From: Phoronis australis
Taxonomy: Eukaryota > Animalia > Phoronida
Assembly: GCA_002633005.1 (NCBI GenBank)
Contig: NMRA01000696.1
Coordinates: 136,006 to 200,005, forward strand
Length of the DNA: 64,000 bases
Reading direction: 5' to 3'
Shown here: piece after piece, positions 34,979 through 47,270 of the stretch
How the letters are laid out: every line of letters begins with the position of its first letter
Position numbering within the stretch: position 1 is the stretch's first letter
Translations under genes and position numbers: made by a program
Notes under the pieces: generated by a model
The model's input: the letters and a program-made list of their open reading frames with translations, nothing else
Told to the model about the DNA's origin: nothing
Databases searched by the model: none

Positions 34979-37915
34979 AGGAGAATGTCACCCGATTTAA
35001 TTAGTCTTTTTCACCGTCTTGATCCGTCTGTATCCACATCGCCTCTTATACGGTCGACCTTACCTTGCCGAGACGTGTCGCGTTAACCTGTGACGAAAAT
35101 GAGAAGCGACGCAGCGACGTCAGTGGTTCGTCTGCAGAGTGAATGTCGCTATATTGCAGTGCATCGGTTCCCGCTTGTCCAAACTATGAAGCTGCGAAGA
35201 AAGCGGGTATATCGTTTTTTCGACTTCCTCGAAAGCCCGAAACGGTTAGGAAGTGGCTCGCAATAGTGAAGAATGAAAGGTACGCTGTTAATAGCAAGTA
35301 TGAGGCCGTGAAACATCTCGATCCGTGTCTGTGGATGGCATTTCGTCGACAATGATTTCCCTGACGAATTACGGTTTACCAAAGAACTATCCATACGTTC
35401 CGTTGCCTGTGCATGTTCACGGCGCCTCTCTGGTATTTCTTGATTAGTGTATTCCGGTTCGAACCGGTAGCCTGTGAAACCTATAGTAACGATCCGTCCA
35501 GTGTAGTCTTCGTCGGATGAGCTCTTGACTAAGTCGGGATTGGCGCCGGGCGAGTTGCCGCGTAGACGTTTATTATTCTGCGTTCTGTTTGAAAATGAAT
35601 TATTCTCATAACCAATGCTTATATGAAACCGAATCAAAGTTTGTCTCGTTAGATACAATTTGTATTGCCTTGGAGTGTGAGTGCAAATGTTTTAAGAAGC
35701 CAGCAATGAATAAACCACTGCGCCTACCGGCTTTTGATGCCAACAGCAAAAGTAATTGGCCGGGCACCGAGGCCGTGTGCCGGAGCGCATGCTAATTCAG
35801 AGTTCACTGACAGAAAGCTGTTGTGAAACAATTACTCGATTTTATATGCTATGGTCACATGTTAGGGGAATTTTTATTAAGAAATACAAATACTGACCTT
35901 TGCAATGACGGTCTGTGGAAGGGGAACCCTACTTCGCCGGGCGGCCCCCGACAAGTCAGATTTTCAGTTTCGTGGCTAATTCACATAAATAATTACGTGC
36001 ACATTATTTCTTTGGCTCACTATTATAGTCTTTTCGTGACTGGAGGTTTAGTTTCCAACTCAAGCTGGTTTATGTTCGTGCCAGTTCGAACTCAAAAAAT
36101 CACAAGTATTAAAGGAGCTTGCCACCCAAAAAACAACCTAATTTGTATCAATTTAGATCGAGTAGTTCTACTCCATAACGACACGTACGGTTGTGTTACC
36201 TCACGGCGGACGGAGGTGTTGAAATTATCCAATGACGTCATCGGTTTCACACGCAGTCTGTTCAGCAGTTCACAACACGTGTTACTGGTGTCAGCTTATC
36301 GCTTGAAGTCATCGTTTAACACCAATAAATCATCAAACTTCGATGTAAAACCCTTAAAAGTACACCGAGTTCTAATAAAAACGTGTTGTTTTATTTCGCT
36401 CTTACGGATTTATTGGTATTTGGACACACCGTAGCCTACAAAGTTCGGCAAGCCAGTAAGGTCCGTAGCAGGAGTTTGGGGTCTGTTCGAAGATAATTTC
36501 GAAGTATTTTCCGTGAGATACAGACAGGAGAACCTAGATATGTGTTGTTTAGACTAATGATTTTTTGAGTTCTAAATACAAAACGCTTGTTATCCTGGCT
36601 AGTGGCTCGGAGCCCGATCAAGCCCGTCGCGGCCGGCCTGCCTGATTGACTTCATTGTTATCCCGGCCAGTGGCTCGGAAACTGATCAGACGTTGCAAAC
36701 ATAAACCAACCAAAGTTCAGTGGAAACTAAACTTCGAGTCAAGAAATACTATACTAGTGAGCCAAACTAATGTGCACGTGATTATGTTGGTGAATTATCC
36801 ACGAAACTGCAAATCTACTTACTCGTCGGGTTCCGCTTTGGCCACAGCACCGTCTGGGCAGAAGTTGTACATTGACAATCATTATTTGAGTAATGTAAAC
36901 GAAAATAAAGATTCCCCTAACACCTTGCCGTGGGATGGAAATCGAGTTGTTCCACAACAGTTTCTGCCAGCAAACACTAAATTAGCATGAGCTCACACGG
37001 CCTCGGGTGTCCCGTCACTTAGTTTTATTGCACCTAAAGCCGGTAACGCAGTGATTTATTCATTGCTGGCTTCTCAAATCATTTGCACTCACAAATACTC
37101 CAAAGGCATTACAAATTGCATCTAATGCGACAGACTTTGTTTCAGTTGATTAGGGTGAGAAGGCATTTTGAAACACAACGCTCAGTACTAAACGCCAACA
37201 TGGCAACTCGCAATCCCGACTTAGGACGAGCTAGAGTTCATCAGACCCGACTTCGCAGGTGGATCGTTAAGTTTTACAGGCTATCAATTCGAACAGGAAT
37301 ACAGTGATGAAGAAATACTAGAGAGGCGCCGTGCACAAACTCACACAACGGAACATGGAGTTATTTGGTAAGCCGGCATTCGTCACTGTCAACGTCTGCA
37401 TGCCACAGACACGGTGATGTTTCACGGCCTCATACTTGCTATTTACAGCGTACATTTCATTTTTCACTACCATGAGCCACTTCACAGATCTCCCGTCTGT
37501 ATTTCACGGAAGAATACTTCGTTCGAATTTATCTCCGAACAGACCCCCGCCAAAATCGTGCTACGGACTTTGGTAAATTGGCCTGTGCCGAACTTTTAGT
37601 GTAGGCTACGATGTGTCCAAATACCATGCAGTAAATCCGTGACAGCGAAATAAAACAACAAGTTTTTACAAGAACTCGGTGTATTTTTAAGAGTTTTACA
37701 TCGAATTTTGACTATTAATTGGTGTTAAACGATGAATTCAAGCGATAAGCTGACACCACTAATCCGTGTTGTGAACTGCTGAACAGACTGCGTGTGAAAC
37801 CAATTACGTCATTGGATAATTTCAAAACCTCCGTCTGCCGTCAGGTAACGCAACCGAACCTGCCGTTATCGAATAGCCCTACTCGATCTAAGTTGTTTTG
37901 GGGTGGCATTCTCCT
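34979..37915 (-). mobile_element. Same Kolobok family, reverse orientation, carrying a nested copy
   Basis: CTAA TSD on both sides (34975-78 and 37916-19); TIRs AGGAGAATGTCACC / GGTGGCATTCTCCT; THAP ORF 35143..35355 and KolX-like stub in ORF 35149..35658. Confidence 0.85.
36113..37485 (+). mobile_element. Nested Kolobok copy, right end missing
   Basis: Begins TTAA|AGGAGCTTGCCACC; colinear with 8927-10020; stops where the outer copy resumes. Confidence 0.82.
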
Positions 37916-39074
37916 CTAAAGTAAGTGGGGGGAGGGGACTATAGCCCCCCAGCCCCTATGGTGCGCGCCGCAGAAGCTCATTGCAGCACTGAAATAAGTG
38001 AGGGCTACAGTCCCCCTCAGTCCTATGGTGCGCAGCCCATGCCAGTACAAGTCCCGAAGAAACTTAACTTATTGAGCAGCAGCCAGTTCAGTTGGAGTGA
38101 GGGCATAACCGGTTCTTACCTCAAGAAACAATAGGCGGACTCGACTTCGGTACTGACAATCGAATTAGAATTCATATGATAAAAAACCTAAAAGAATTTC
38201 GGGAGAACACGACACTTGTTGAGGGTGAGGGATGCATTTAGGGAGAAGCACTCTTTAAAAAAGTAACCACATGCAGGGAAGTTTTAACGAAGATTTTGTG
38301 TCTGATTTTGTAGGGATAAACAACTCACTTTGGTACTGATACCACGTTGTCAAAAATGAGTGATAGTTTGTTGCCAAAGTTTTAAAAATATCTACAACTT
38401 TAATAAGATTCTGTAGATTGCTCAGATGGAAAAATATTGTTTTGCAAATTTCGAATCCACAAAGTGAACCTCTTCGTGGGTAATTTTTTCAGCAAAGGCA
38501 CCTTTCGTGAGGAAACTTTATTGGTCAGGGTAGACACTCTTCCAAGCGGCAAGTCCTGTATACCTACCTCTTCCACGAGAGTACCCTTGGGGGAAATATT
38601 TGAACTGGGGAACGGCTTAAAAGGTGATTTTTGGGATTGGAACGAACTGGCGGCACTCCATTTATTAAACCAGTCACAACAAGTTGGCTTGTGACGTCTC
38701 AGACGACTAACCCTTTGAGCATTGCGATGAACACCAAAAAGGAACTAAACAGATTTTTATAAGCCCAAAAACCATTTAATATCATTTGCCTATGTGGTGA
38801 CTGGAGGTTAACACAACATGCTTCTGACCACAACTACACAGAATGTGGTCTCTTCACTCGTGTTCAGAAGAGTGCTTTAATTCACTACCACTCCCACGTG
38901 AACATCGCAATACCCAGTGCATTTTAATCCAAACTATTCACCAATCAGATGATGAATGATGAGACAAATAGTTCTCAAAACAAAGTTTCATTCAACGGTT
39001 TTGCAAGCTGTGCACCATTAGGACTGTCCACCACCCAGCAGCTGGATCAATGTTGCTCAGACTTAACAGATGAG

Positions 39075-39503
39075 CTAAGGTTCTGGCGAGTACAACATAT
39101 TTTCAGGTGACTTCCTGCTGGATCTTGGAGTTCTTGACGGCTCAATATGAACGAACAATGGAACAGATATCTTGTAGCGACAAAACATGATAGCTAGCAC
39201 AAGAACAATTACAGTCAGAATCACCATGACAACTGGCTGCCATATGGTTGGAATGTTTATAAACATAAGTTGCAAACTGTTTCCTATTGTGTGACACAGT
39301 ATCTCTATTGGTCGGGATATGCAGCGACTGAAGGCGGAGGTGATCACCATCAAAGGCGTCACCTCCCACAGAGGGTCAATCACCAGTGCCCTATGGTAGC
39401 GTTCACAGCCCCCACTGGAGTCCCATGACAGTTGCCACTTGAGCCAGGCCTTGACAGAATCCCAGACAGTCAGTTCTCGAGGATAGCACTCAGCAGGTAT
39501 ACC
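39075..39503 (-). CDS. CLCC1-like terminal exon (Cys-Cys core plus last TM)
   Basis: Acceptor tttcag|GGT; ORF 39075..39551; stop TAG. Confidence 0.88.
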   Translation of the reverse strand, partial: GIPAECYPRELTVWDSVKAWLKWQLSWDSSGGCERYHRALVIDPLWEVTPLMVITSAFSRCISRPIEILCHTIGNSLQLMFINIPTIWQPVVMVILTVIVLVLAIMFCRYKISVPLFVHIEPSRTPRSSRKSPENMLYSPEP

Positions 39504-42500
39504 CTGAAATAGAAATTGCACGATCACTATCAATACAGTAAAAATCAACAAATTCCTTGGGTATCAAAAAGAAGTTATTGCCAACTAAAACTGACATGAG
39601 AGACTAGCAGTCACTTCACTTCAAGGAATGAAACATTTCTTTATTGCGAAGAGTTAAATGTTTGACACAGAAATGAGAAACAGGGTTACTACAAAGTGTC
39701 TCCAAAGAAATGTGAAATTAAGAAATTAAATTTACTGTCCGATACTTTTCATACACTGATCAAAACATCTTCAGGCATTCACTTTTGACTTTAGCAATAT
39801 TACTGCAATCAGTGAAATTACTGTGCATTTTTCTCAATTCAGAATAAATAAAGACCATCTCTTCCTCACAGACTATGCACGAGTCACACACTCTAAGTCT
39901 ATCAAGAAGTGCCAAGGATACTATGCACCAGTCACACACTCTAAGTCTATCAAGAAGTGCCAAGGATACTATGCACAAGTCACACACTCTAAGAAGTCTA
40001 TCAAGAAGTGCCAAGGATACTATGCACGAGTCACACACTCTAAGTCTATCAAGAAGTGCCAAGGATACTATGCACGAGTCACACACTCTAAGTCTATCAA
40101 GAAGTNGAAATTGCACGATCACTATCAATACAGTAAAAATCAACAAATTCCTTGGGTATCAAAAAGAAGTTATTGCCAACTAAAACTGATATGAGAGACT
40201 AGCAGTCACTTCACTTCAAAGAATGAAACATTTCTTTACTGCTAAGAGTTAACTGTTTGACACAGAAATGAGAAACAGGGTTACTACAAAGTGTCTCCAA
40301 AGAAATGTGAAATTAAGTAATTAAATTTACTGTCCGATACTTTTCATACACTGATTGAAACATCTTCAGGGATTCACTCTTGACTTTAGCAATAGTACTG
40401 CAATCAGTGAAATTACTGTGCATTTTTCTCAATTCAGAATAAATATAGACCATCTCTTCCTCACAGACTATGCACAAGTCACACACTCTAAGAAGTTTAT
40501 CAAGAAGTGCCAAGGATACTATGCACGAGTCACACACTCTAAGTCTATCAAGAAGTGCCAAGGATACTATGCACAAGTCACACACTCTAAGTCTATCAAG
40601 AAGTGCCAAGGATACTAATGCATAATCTTAGTAAGTGTCAACTTACTGCTTCCACTATAGACATCTTCTTTGCTACTTCTTGTTGATACATTCTCACAAA
40701 CTCCCATGGAATGCTGATTAAAGCACAGATTACAAGAATGTACATGAAATAGCTTCGCCAATAATATAGAACTCTAGAATGTTCAGATGAACTTTTCTCA
40801 GAATAATGTTCTTTTGAGGTTCCATGTTGGCTTTTTGTCCAAGAACCTCTGAAGTACATACAGGACAAAATAAGAACAGAACAAACTACAAGTAGCACAA
40901 CTAAATAAGAAGATTGTGTCATCAGTCCGAGATATTCCTCTATAGTTGCGAACACTGTATTGTTGATTTCTTCCCAATTAAGCCATATCTGTAGAGAGAT
41001 GAAGAAAAGCACAGCGAGAAAACACAAGGAAACAAAAGTTATGTTGAAAATGTTCCAATCAACATCTTTTGTGTCAAGAGATTTTTTCTGTTTCTGTTTG
41101 TGTCTATTGTTTATTTGTCTTTTACATGTCACTTGTCTGTAGACACACCAAATTGTTGCCATGACAATCAATGCTAGAGGAGTGATGCACAACAACTGTA
41201 GAGTTACAAATGTTGCCTCTTCACTCATGACCTTGGCCAAGACTGAGTGTACAACAGACTCCATAGTCATTCCAAACCAATGAGACAACTTGTAAATCTG
41301 AGATTCCTCCTCCCGCCTTTCATCAATGAGTAAAGAACTAAACAGACTGTCATACCATGATTGCTTTTCTTTGCGACGTCCTCTGCATACCACTACAAAA
41401 CACATTATACAATAGTGGAATGAATGTTCATAGCTGGCGCCGTTACATAGTATTAAATAATCAGGGCCTCCCCTCAAGTGGCAGCCACCAGGTGGTGTTG
41501 GACGACCACCAGGCACTGCCCACAGATGACAATGTGACACAAAGAACCTCGTCTGTGCCCAAGATGGGCCCAAAAGCCAGGCTTTCAAATATAACCAGGC
41601 TGTCGATAAGTAACAATGATCATTTCAACATTATAATAATTATAACATATTTTACATAATTTCTCTATGATGATATTCATATTTTCTGTGGTTGTGCTAT
41701 GGAATACTTTATTAATCAAACCATACTCATAATACCACAGAATAGGTAATAATAAAATTGCTGATTCGTGATGAAAAAAATGAAAAATTACATTTAGTTT
41801 TAAATGAATAGTGAGACATATAGCCTTTTCAAGCAGTGGAAGATGATGCATGAAGACTGATGTATTAAGCAAACACTAGACCACCAAACACTTTACTTAC
41901 TACACTGAGCATCTGAAATGTTATGAAAGATTGAAATTACCTAAAAAATAAAGTCCAACACCAAACAAAATCAGAGTAGCACATATCAGGTAAAAAGCTT
42001 TGGTAAGAATAAAAAATGACCCTGGCTCGCTGCATTGTTTGTTTTTCCTTTTCGATTTCTTCTCTGTATTTGAGTCACCACCTGGAAGGATAAGAAGATT
42101 TTGTATCACGGCCTAATAAAAATGCCAGGTCACCACCCATACTTCTGTGTATGCAGTCAAAATACTACAGTAACTGTGAGTAAACATTAGAATCGTACGT
42201 CAAAAATTGGAAGGGCCTGATCATAGACATCTTAATACATATGTGATGTCTATGGGCCTGATTACATATGTGATGTCTATGGGCCTGATTATGAGTTGTG
42301 CACAGGTAACATGACCTGATTGTCTGCTTCTGCCTTGGGAGGTGAGCCTACCCATTTGGCAGGTCACGTATGGCAAATTGACATTATGCTAAGGGTCAAG
42401 TCATATAATAACAATAATAATAACAACAATAATATAATGTACAGTGAATGATCATTTGGCACCGATAGTAATTCTTGAATTTGTGACAGCCAAATATCGC

Positions 42501-43864
42501 TTATTGTACATTGGCTAGCCTTGAGCAAAATAAATAAAATCTCTCTGTCCATAATGACCAACCTAGTGACTGTAGACACATAATGTGACCTGTATTTACA
42601 GGAACCGGATAACACATAGAACACAATTTGGTATATATTTTGCAAAGCAAAGTCTTCCCTGTTAGCTTTATAAGTTGCAATGCACAATGAATGATACATA
42701 CATGCATTTCACTACAATATGGATTGATTTGAGAAGTCTCTTCACAACAATTTACACATGGGAGATAACTTGTTCTGCAGGGGAGATTATTTAAGGTTTT
42801 AGCAACTAGTGTAAATCAAATCAGCAACCTGCGTGTCGTTTTTGGTCAAATGCAAGTTGCTTTCAATGTAGCACGGTATCTGACGCAGTAAATCAACCCA
42901 CAGGCCCTCCATACGCCAAAAGCTGTTTGGCGAATTATGCCACACACTAATTAAGCCATCAAAATCATGTTGCAACTGAACGAAGGACTGCTCCAAAATA
43001 GTTTGATTTCAGGAGCACTTTGTTTGAGCTGGGAAGAGTTAAAAACATCAACGACCTCCGAAGGTGTCTTTTCGTGGGCAAAAAGGTACCTATAGCAACA
43101 AAATTTTGATAGTATAATCGGTGTGTGTTGGTATAATTCACTAAAAAGCTTCGGGCATATGGAGGGCCACTGTCTCTACTGTGGTGCTAAGTGAGAAGAT
43201 GGGCCCAGGCCAGTGCAGCAGTAGACAGTGACCACCACCTCTAGCTGGCTCAGTCGAGACTGTATAGCTCCTATAGGAGCATGAAAGCATTTCAGTGAAT
43301 TATGCCTCACACTGACTAAAATATGAAAGCCACGTTGTTATAAATACCTTTTGCGCATAGAGGGATACCTTAGGAGGCCGTTGATGTTTTAATTCCTTCC
43401 AACTCAAACAAATATTCCCGTTTCCAAACTTTTTCTTCCAGCAGTCCTTCGTTCAGTGCCCAAAATCAGTAATTGGCCTGCGAAGCAGGTGGTATGATGT
43501 CATATCCCTTGGCATGTGCAGTTAAAAATGGCCAGTCACCGATTTTGGGAACTGAACGAGGGACTGCTCGGAGAAAAAGTCAGATAACGGAAGTATTTTT
43601 TTGTTCGAGTTGGAAGGAATTAAAGACATCGACGACCTCCTAATGTGTCCCTCTATGTTCAAAAGGTTTTTAGAATAATGTCACTTTGATGTTTTAGTCA
43701 GTGTGCGGCATAATTCGCCGAAAAGTTTTAGCGTATGAAGCCCCTATAGGAACTACACCGTCTCGACTGAGCCAGTTAGAGACGGTGGTCACTGTCTAGT
43801 GCAGCAGTAGATATGGTATCGTCCGGTTACCTATTTTCGTCAGGCTCCAAAGTTCGCCCGCCAT
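39075..43864 (-). CDS. Chloride channel CLIC-like protein 1 (CLCC1/MCLC family)-like, divergent, 4 exons, ~449 aa
   Basis: Exons 43864-43831 (MAGELWSLTKI), 42081-41941, 41392-40647, 39503-39075; phases 1,1,0; 1350 nt. C-terminal half has the CLCC1 core: ISIPWEFVRMYQQEVAKK, PAEC...W...W...CERYHRALVIDPLWEVTP, RPIEILCHTIG, IPTIWQPVV plus TM. Confidence 0.82.
39512..40615 (+). repeat. Tandem duplication (39512-40105 / 40107-40615) around the N at 40106, containing a 48-51-bp minisatellite
   Basis: Both copies start gaaattgcacgatcactatc; unit actatgcacgagtcacacactctaagtctatcaagaagtgccaaggat. Confidence 0.9.
40647..41392 (-). CDS. CLCC1-like coding exon 3 (multi-TM)
   Basis: Acceptor ttttgtag|TG in frame with ORF 40638..41588; donor GCA|gtaagt. 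Confidence 0.82.
41941..42081 (-). CDS. CLCC1-like coding exon 2 (basic stretch plus TM segment)
   Basis: Acceptor ccttccag|GT; donor G|gtaatt; ORF 41921..42109. Confidence 0.7.
43222..43798. mobile_element. Foldback MITE with TAG...CTA termini and 9-bp TSD (AcademH-like or MULE-like)
   Basis: TIR TAGACAGTGACC / GGTCACTGTCTA extending about 255 bp imperfectly; perfect TSD GTGCAGCAG (43213-21 and 43799-807). Fragments of the family at 30118-30195, 31041-31157, about 42970-43180 and about 44645-44760. Confidence 0.8.
43831..43864 (-). CDS. CLCC1-like coding exon 1
   Basis: caagATGGCG start context (YY1-like); donor G|gtaacc; phase matches exon 2. Confidence 0.6.
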
Positions 43865-46394
43865 CTTGTTTCGCGTGCAGCGCAACCACGCGGGACTTAG
43901 CGTTCCAATTTGGAGTTCTCGTCTGCACGTTAGGTACTAACTTATCGGAAGAGACACGTATCAAAGTAATGAGACAAAAATCGGTGAGTTTACCGATTGT
44001 TTTTTAAAACCACTTAAAAATCAGTAGATTTTACTAATACACTTTTTTGTGCGTTTTCAGAAGATGTTTTCGAATTTAAATTTTCTTCCGACGGGACACA
44101 AAACATGATCCAGGGTTTGTTTATGCAATGTATCTGTTTGTCCCAGGCACTAGTAGGATCTAGAAGGCCAAAGGAAAAATCCGCAGACAAATGCGATACG
44201 CTGGGTTCTTAACATTTTTGCCTCACGCATTCACCATTAAACTGCATTGAAATGTTGTCCAATTGGCTTTTATTGGAAACCACAGTGCAGAGCTCAACAT
44301 CAAAGCTTCAAATCGAGTTTATGTCAATAAAAACAGGCTGTTGCAATTTTCATTACTTCGTTGGCCTTTTTCTGCATGTTTCTCAGTTTTTACAAAAGGG
44401 GGCAGCATATGACGAACTTAGGTGTCACAATAAAATGGCTGCCGAAGGCAGTGCACATTTGAAATAACTCGGCACAAATTAAAGAAAACTTCCGAATCGA
44501 TGAATGCGGTATATCTGTGAGAGTTAAATCGAATCCTATTCAGATCATAACTTTGAAGTGGAATAATTCGGTGAGTACAACAGCAAGTCGGTTTTATGCT
44601 TAGGCGGACGAACATTGGGCTCCCCAGTATAATGGTAGACATCCTTATGCCTCACATCGATTAAACATCAAAGTGATGTTTCTATAAGTTCCTTTTGCGC
44701 ATAAAGGGACAGTTTAGGAGGCCGCTGATGTCTTAAACTCTTCCCAGTTCGAACAAATACGCCCACACTGTCACTGGCCACACAGTGTAGATAGTCACAC
44801 GACTCACACAGGCAGCACAAATAGGCGACAACTAGAACTGTTCGCGCCAGGGGATACGACGATAGCCTTCATACAGCTAGGCTATTACCATAAAAAAGCC
44901 ATTTTTGACATTTGAAACTTAGGGCCTGCTTACCCAACGATTTCATGTTTGGTTTTTTGCCAAGTCACGGAAGTCTATTCTGAAGACCACTTATTTTCAG
45001 TTCAAATGACCCTCCCGGAAGTTAATTGATTCCCCAGAGTCCTCTACCGACCATACTATAAACCAGAAGTCAGCTCATGCCAGTCTGGCGCAAGCTTATC
45101 CGCCGTATAAATACGCCTATGAACTTATATATCCGTAATAATACCTTTTTTCTCGGCCTTTTTTACCCAAGTGATTCCCATATTGGTGCATGCGCCTAGG
45201 TTTCGTATACCAGATATGTAATGACCCTTGAATATGGCAGTAGCTATGTTGTGCGTGCTAGCCTCAGTATTACTCCGACGGCGCATCCCATGCGTTAGGC
45301 CTGTGCCGGCCTCCTGAAGGCTTTCTAGTTTGCCTCTGTATCTTTGGAGTCCCTTGGCATATTTTCAAGCAATTTGTGTATTAGTTTTATATTGCCGATT
45401 TGTTGCGCATTTAATCTCCTGGGGTATATATCCGAAAAAACAGATGCCTTTTTTCGCGGCCTTCGATCGAGATTTTACCCTAGTCACGGGTTCTCGCCCA
45501 TATTAGCGCAGTTCCACACAGAGACCCATGGGCCTAATGAAAACGCCGGTGTAACATTAAATTTTGACCCCCTTGGAAAAATGACTACTTTTTCAGAAAA
45601 GTGGCATTTTCGATTGAAAATTGACCCGGCCAGTTAAATATAACTACCCTCCCGTCTCATAAAAAGTGGCCCTTGTTAAATTTTGACCTCAGGCTTTGAC
45701 GTTTGTTGGAGGATGCTTTACACATTGGGGAATAATATAGGCGACCTCCTCTAATACCACCAACAGCAAGTGAAACAATTAAACAGAGGAACCGAATGAA
45801 TATCCCGGACTCACAGGACACATGGGTATTGCAACGCCGAGAAGTAAAACCCCGTGATTTCACAAGCAAACACATGACAATGGAACTTTAAGGCCGCATG
45901 TCAAAGGACAGTGACCATCACAGGAGTCATGGTGCAGCCCGGGATGTATCCGGCGGCTTCCTGTCAGAAGTATCTTACTTCGGGTGAACACTCATAACTA
46001 TACCTGTCCGCAAGACTTGAAAAGACCGCCTCGGGTAGGCCCCAGTTATCTGATTTTTCTCTCCCCGGCCGCCACTTATAGCATGTCAGGTTCTTGCCCC
46101 AGCCACCCCCCNCCCCCCCCCATTGCTGAGCGCAACAATCAGCCATCTGGATGCGTTTCTGCAATTTATTGCCTGCTGCTGGGGATGAAATAAATTCCTC
46201 GTGCATGAATATAAATAAAAGAGCAAAAGTATAGAGACTTTTTATAGTGAAGCCTATTACTTGTAGGAAAGTGAACTTTTGGAATCCCCGGCATTATTGC
46301 GTGGCTGACACAAAAATTTGGGAACATAAACGGAGCTGCTTTGTCAATTTTGTTTCTTTGTTCGCGCGTTACAGATCGCAAGGCTAATCGGATT

Positions 46395-47270
46395 AAGGTG
46401 AATTGCATGGAAAGCAGGAAGAGCTATTTTCCCGGACAGCACCTAATATTGTTCATATTGGATTCACGTCCACAATCCCAGATGCCATGGGGACTGAAGT
46501 ATTTCTGAGAAGCCTGTCATAATAGGCAATGACGAGTACCAGTACACCTATGTCAGGTGAAAAGAAAACATCAGCTTAGAATCAGGGGCCTTTTGATGTG
46601 ATGCCAGAACTGCATGATGTACAGTGTATTAGCAATATATCTGCTTTTTGGTGATCGTTTTCTTCTAAGGCGTAGATCACGTTGGTTGCTCTTTGTGCAT
46701 CCTGAAGCTGAAGTAATGGCTATCTTGGCAGAGTCTTGATTATATTCAAGTGTCTTTGCAGACAGATATTCATTAAGTTGACCCTTTTTTGGTCATGAGA
46801 GAGGAAACGGCTCATTGGGGGTGTTCTTTATGTAAGTCTCATCTCTTATCTAGTGCTGTACTTGACCCTTTCTCTGCCTCCTTTTTTTCTCTTGTGGCTT
46901 GTTTCAAAGAGTTGTCTTTGTGGGTGTCAAAAACCAGAATATCGTCATAAGCTCTTGTTAAGAAAACCACTTCCATACTATCCACACGTGCAGTTTTGTG
47001 GCTTGGTTGAACACACGCATTTGATGTTGTTTACATGTTTTCTGGGTCTAAAACCTCTCTTGCAGCTTGAGGACTGTCCTGTTCTAAGACGTCTGCTTCG
47101 GAAAGATTCTTGCAGAAGGTGGATTCGATTCGATTTGTCTGTGCATGACAGCATTGCCCCACTGGCAGCAAAGATTGCTCTTGGTGTTAGGGTGAATTTA
47201 TAGTGGCTGATAGCATGTTTCTGGTCGATTTTCCAGCAGACTACAACTCCTGTTGTTCTCGTCATTGATA
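46395..47270 (-). pseudogene. Decayed Academ transposase fragment (XPG/PIN-like region)
   Basis: Frameshifted translation: YKFTLTPRAIFAASGAMLSCTDKS, YDDILVFDTHKDNSLKQATREKR, MSRFLSHDQ, NDHQKADILLI, SPDIGVLVL, ALPAFHAFT. Confidence 0.75.

Larger units (their letters stand above)
34959..38041. mobile_element. hAT5-like MITE split by the Kolobok nest
   Basis: TIR CATGAGCTACGCA (34959) / TGCGCAGCCCATG (38041); near-TSD cgagt/ccagt; the two halves rejoin at CTAA. Confidence 0.65.

Noticed and set aside
35823-36434. 203-aa ORF, and the related 9220..9696 ORF
   Set aside because: They span a TE-TE junction or non-coding Kolobok subterminal sequence and are not open in sister copies.
8927-37915. 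KolobokP-type long terminal direct repeats
   Set aside because: The left and right ends share only the short TIR; the long repeats at 36113 and 37915 are inverted and explained by nesting.
39512-40615. Apparent intronic duplication in the CLCC1-like gene as a biological event
   Set aside because: The copies meet at a single N inside a VNTR, typical of two haplotypes or contig ends joined; the second copy lacks the acceptor.
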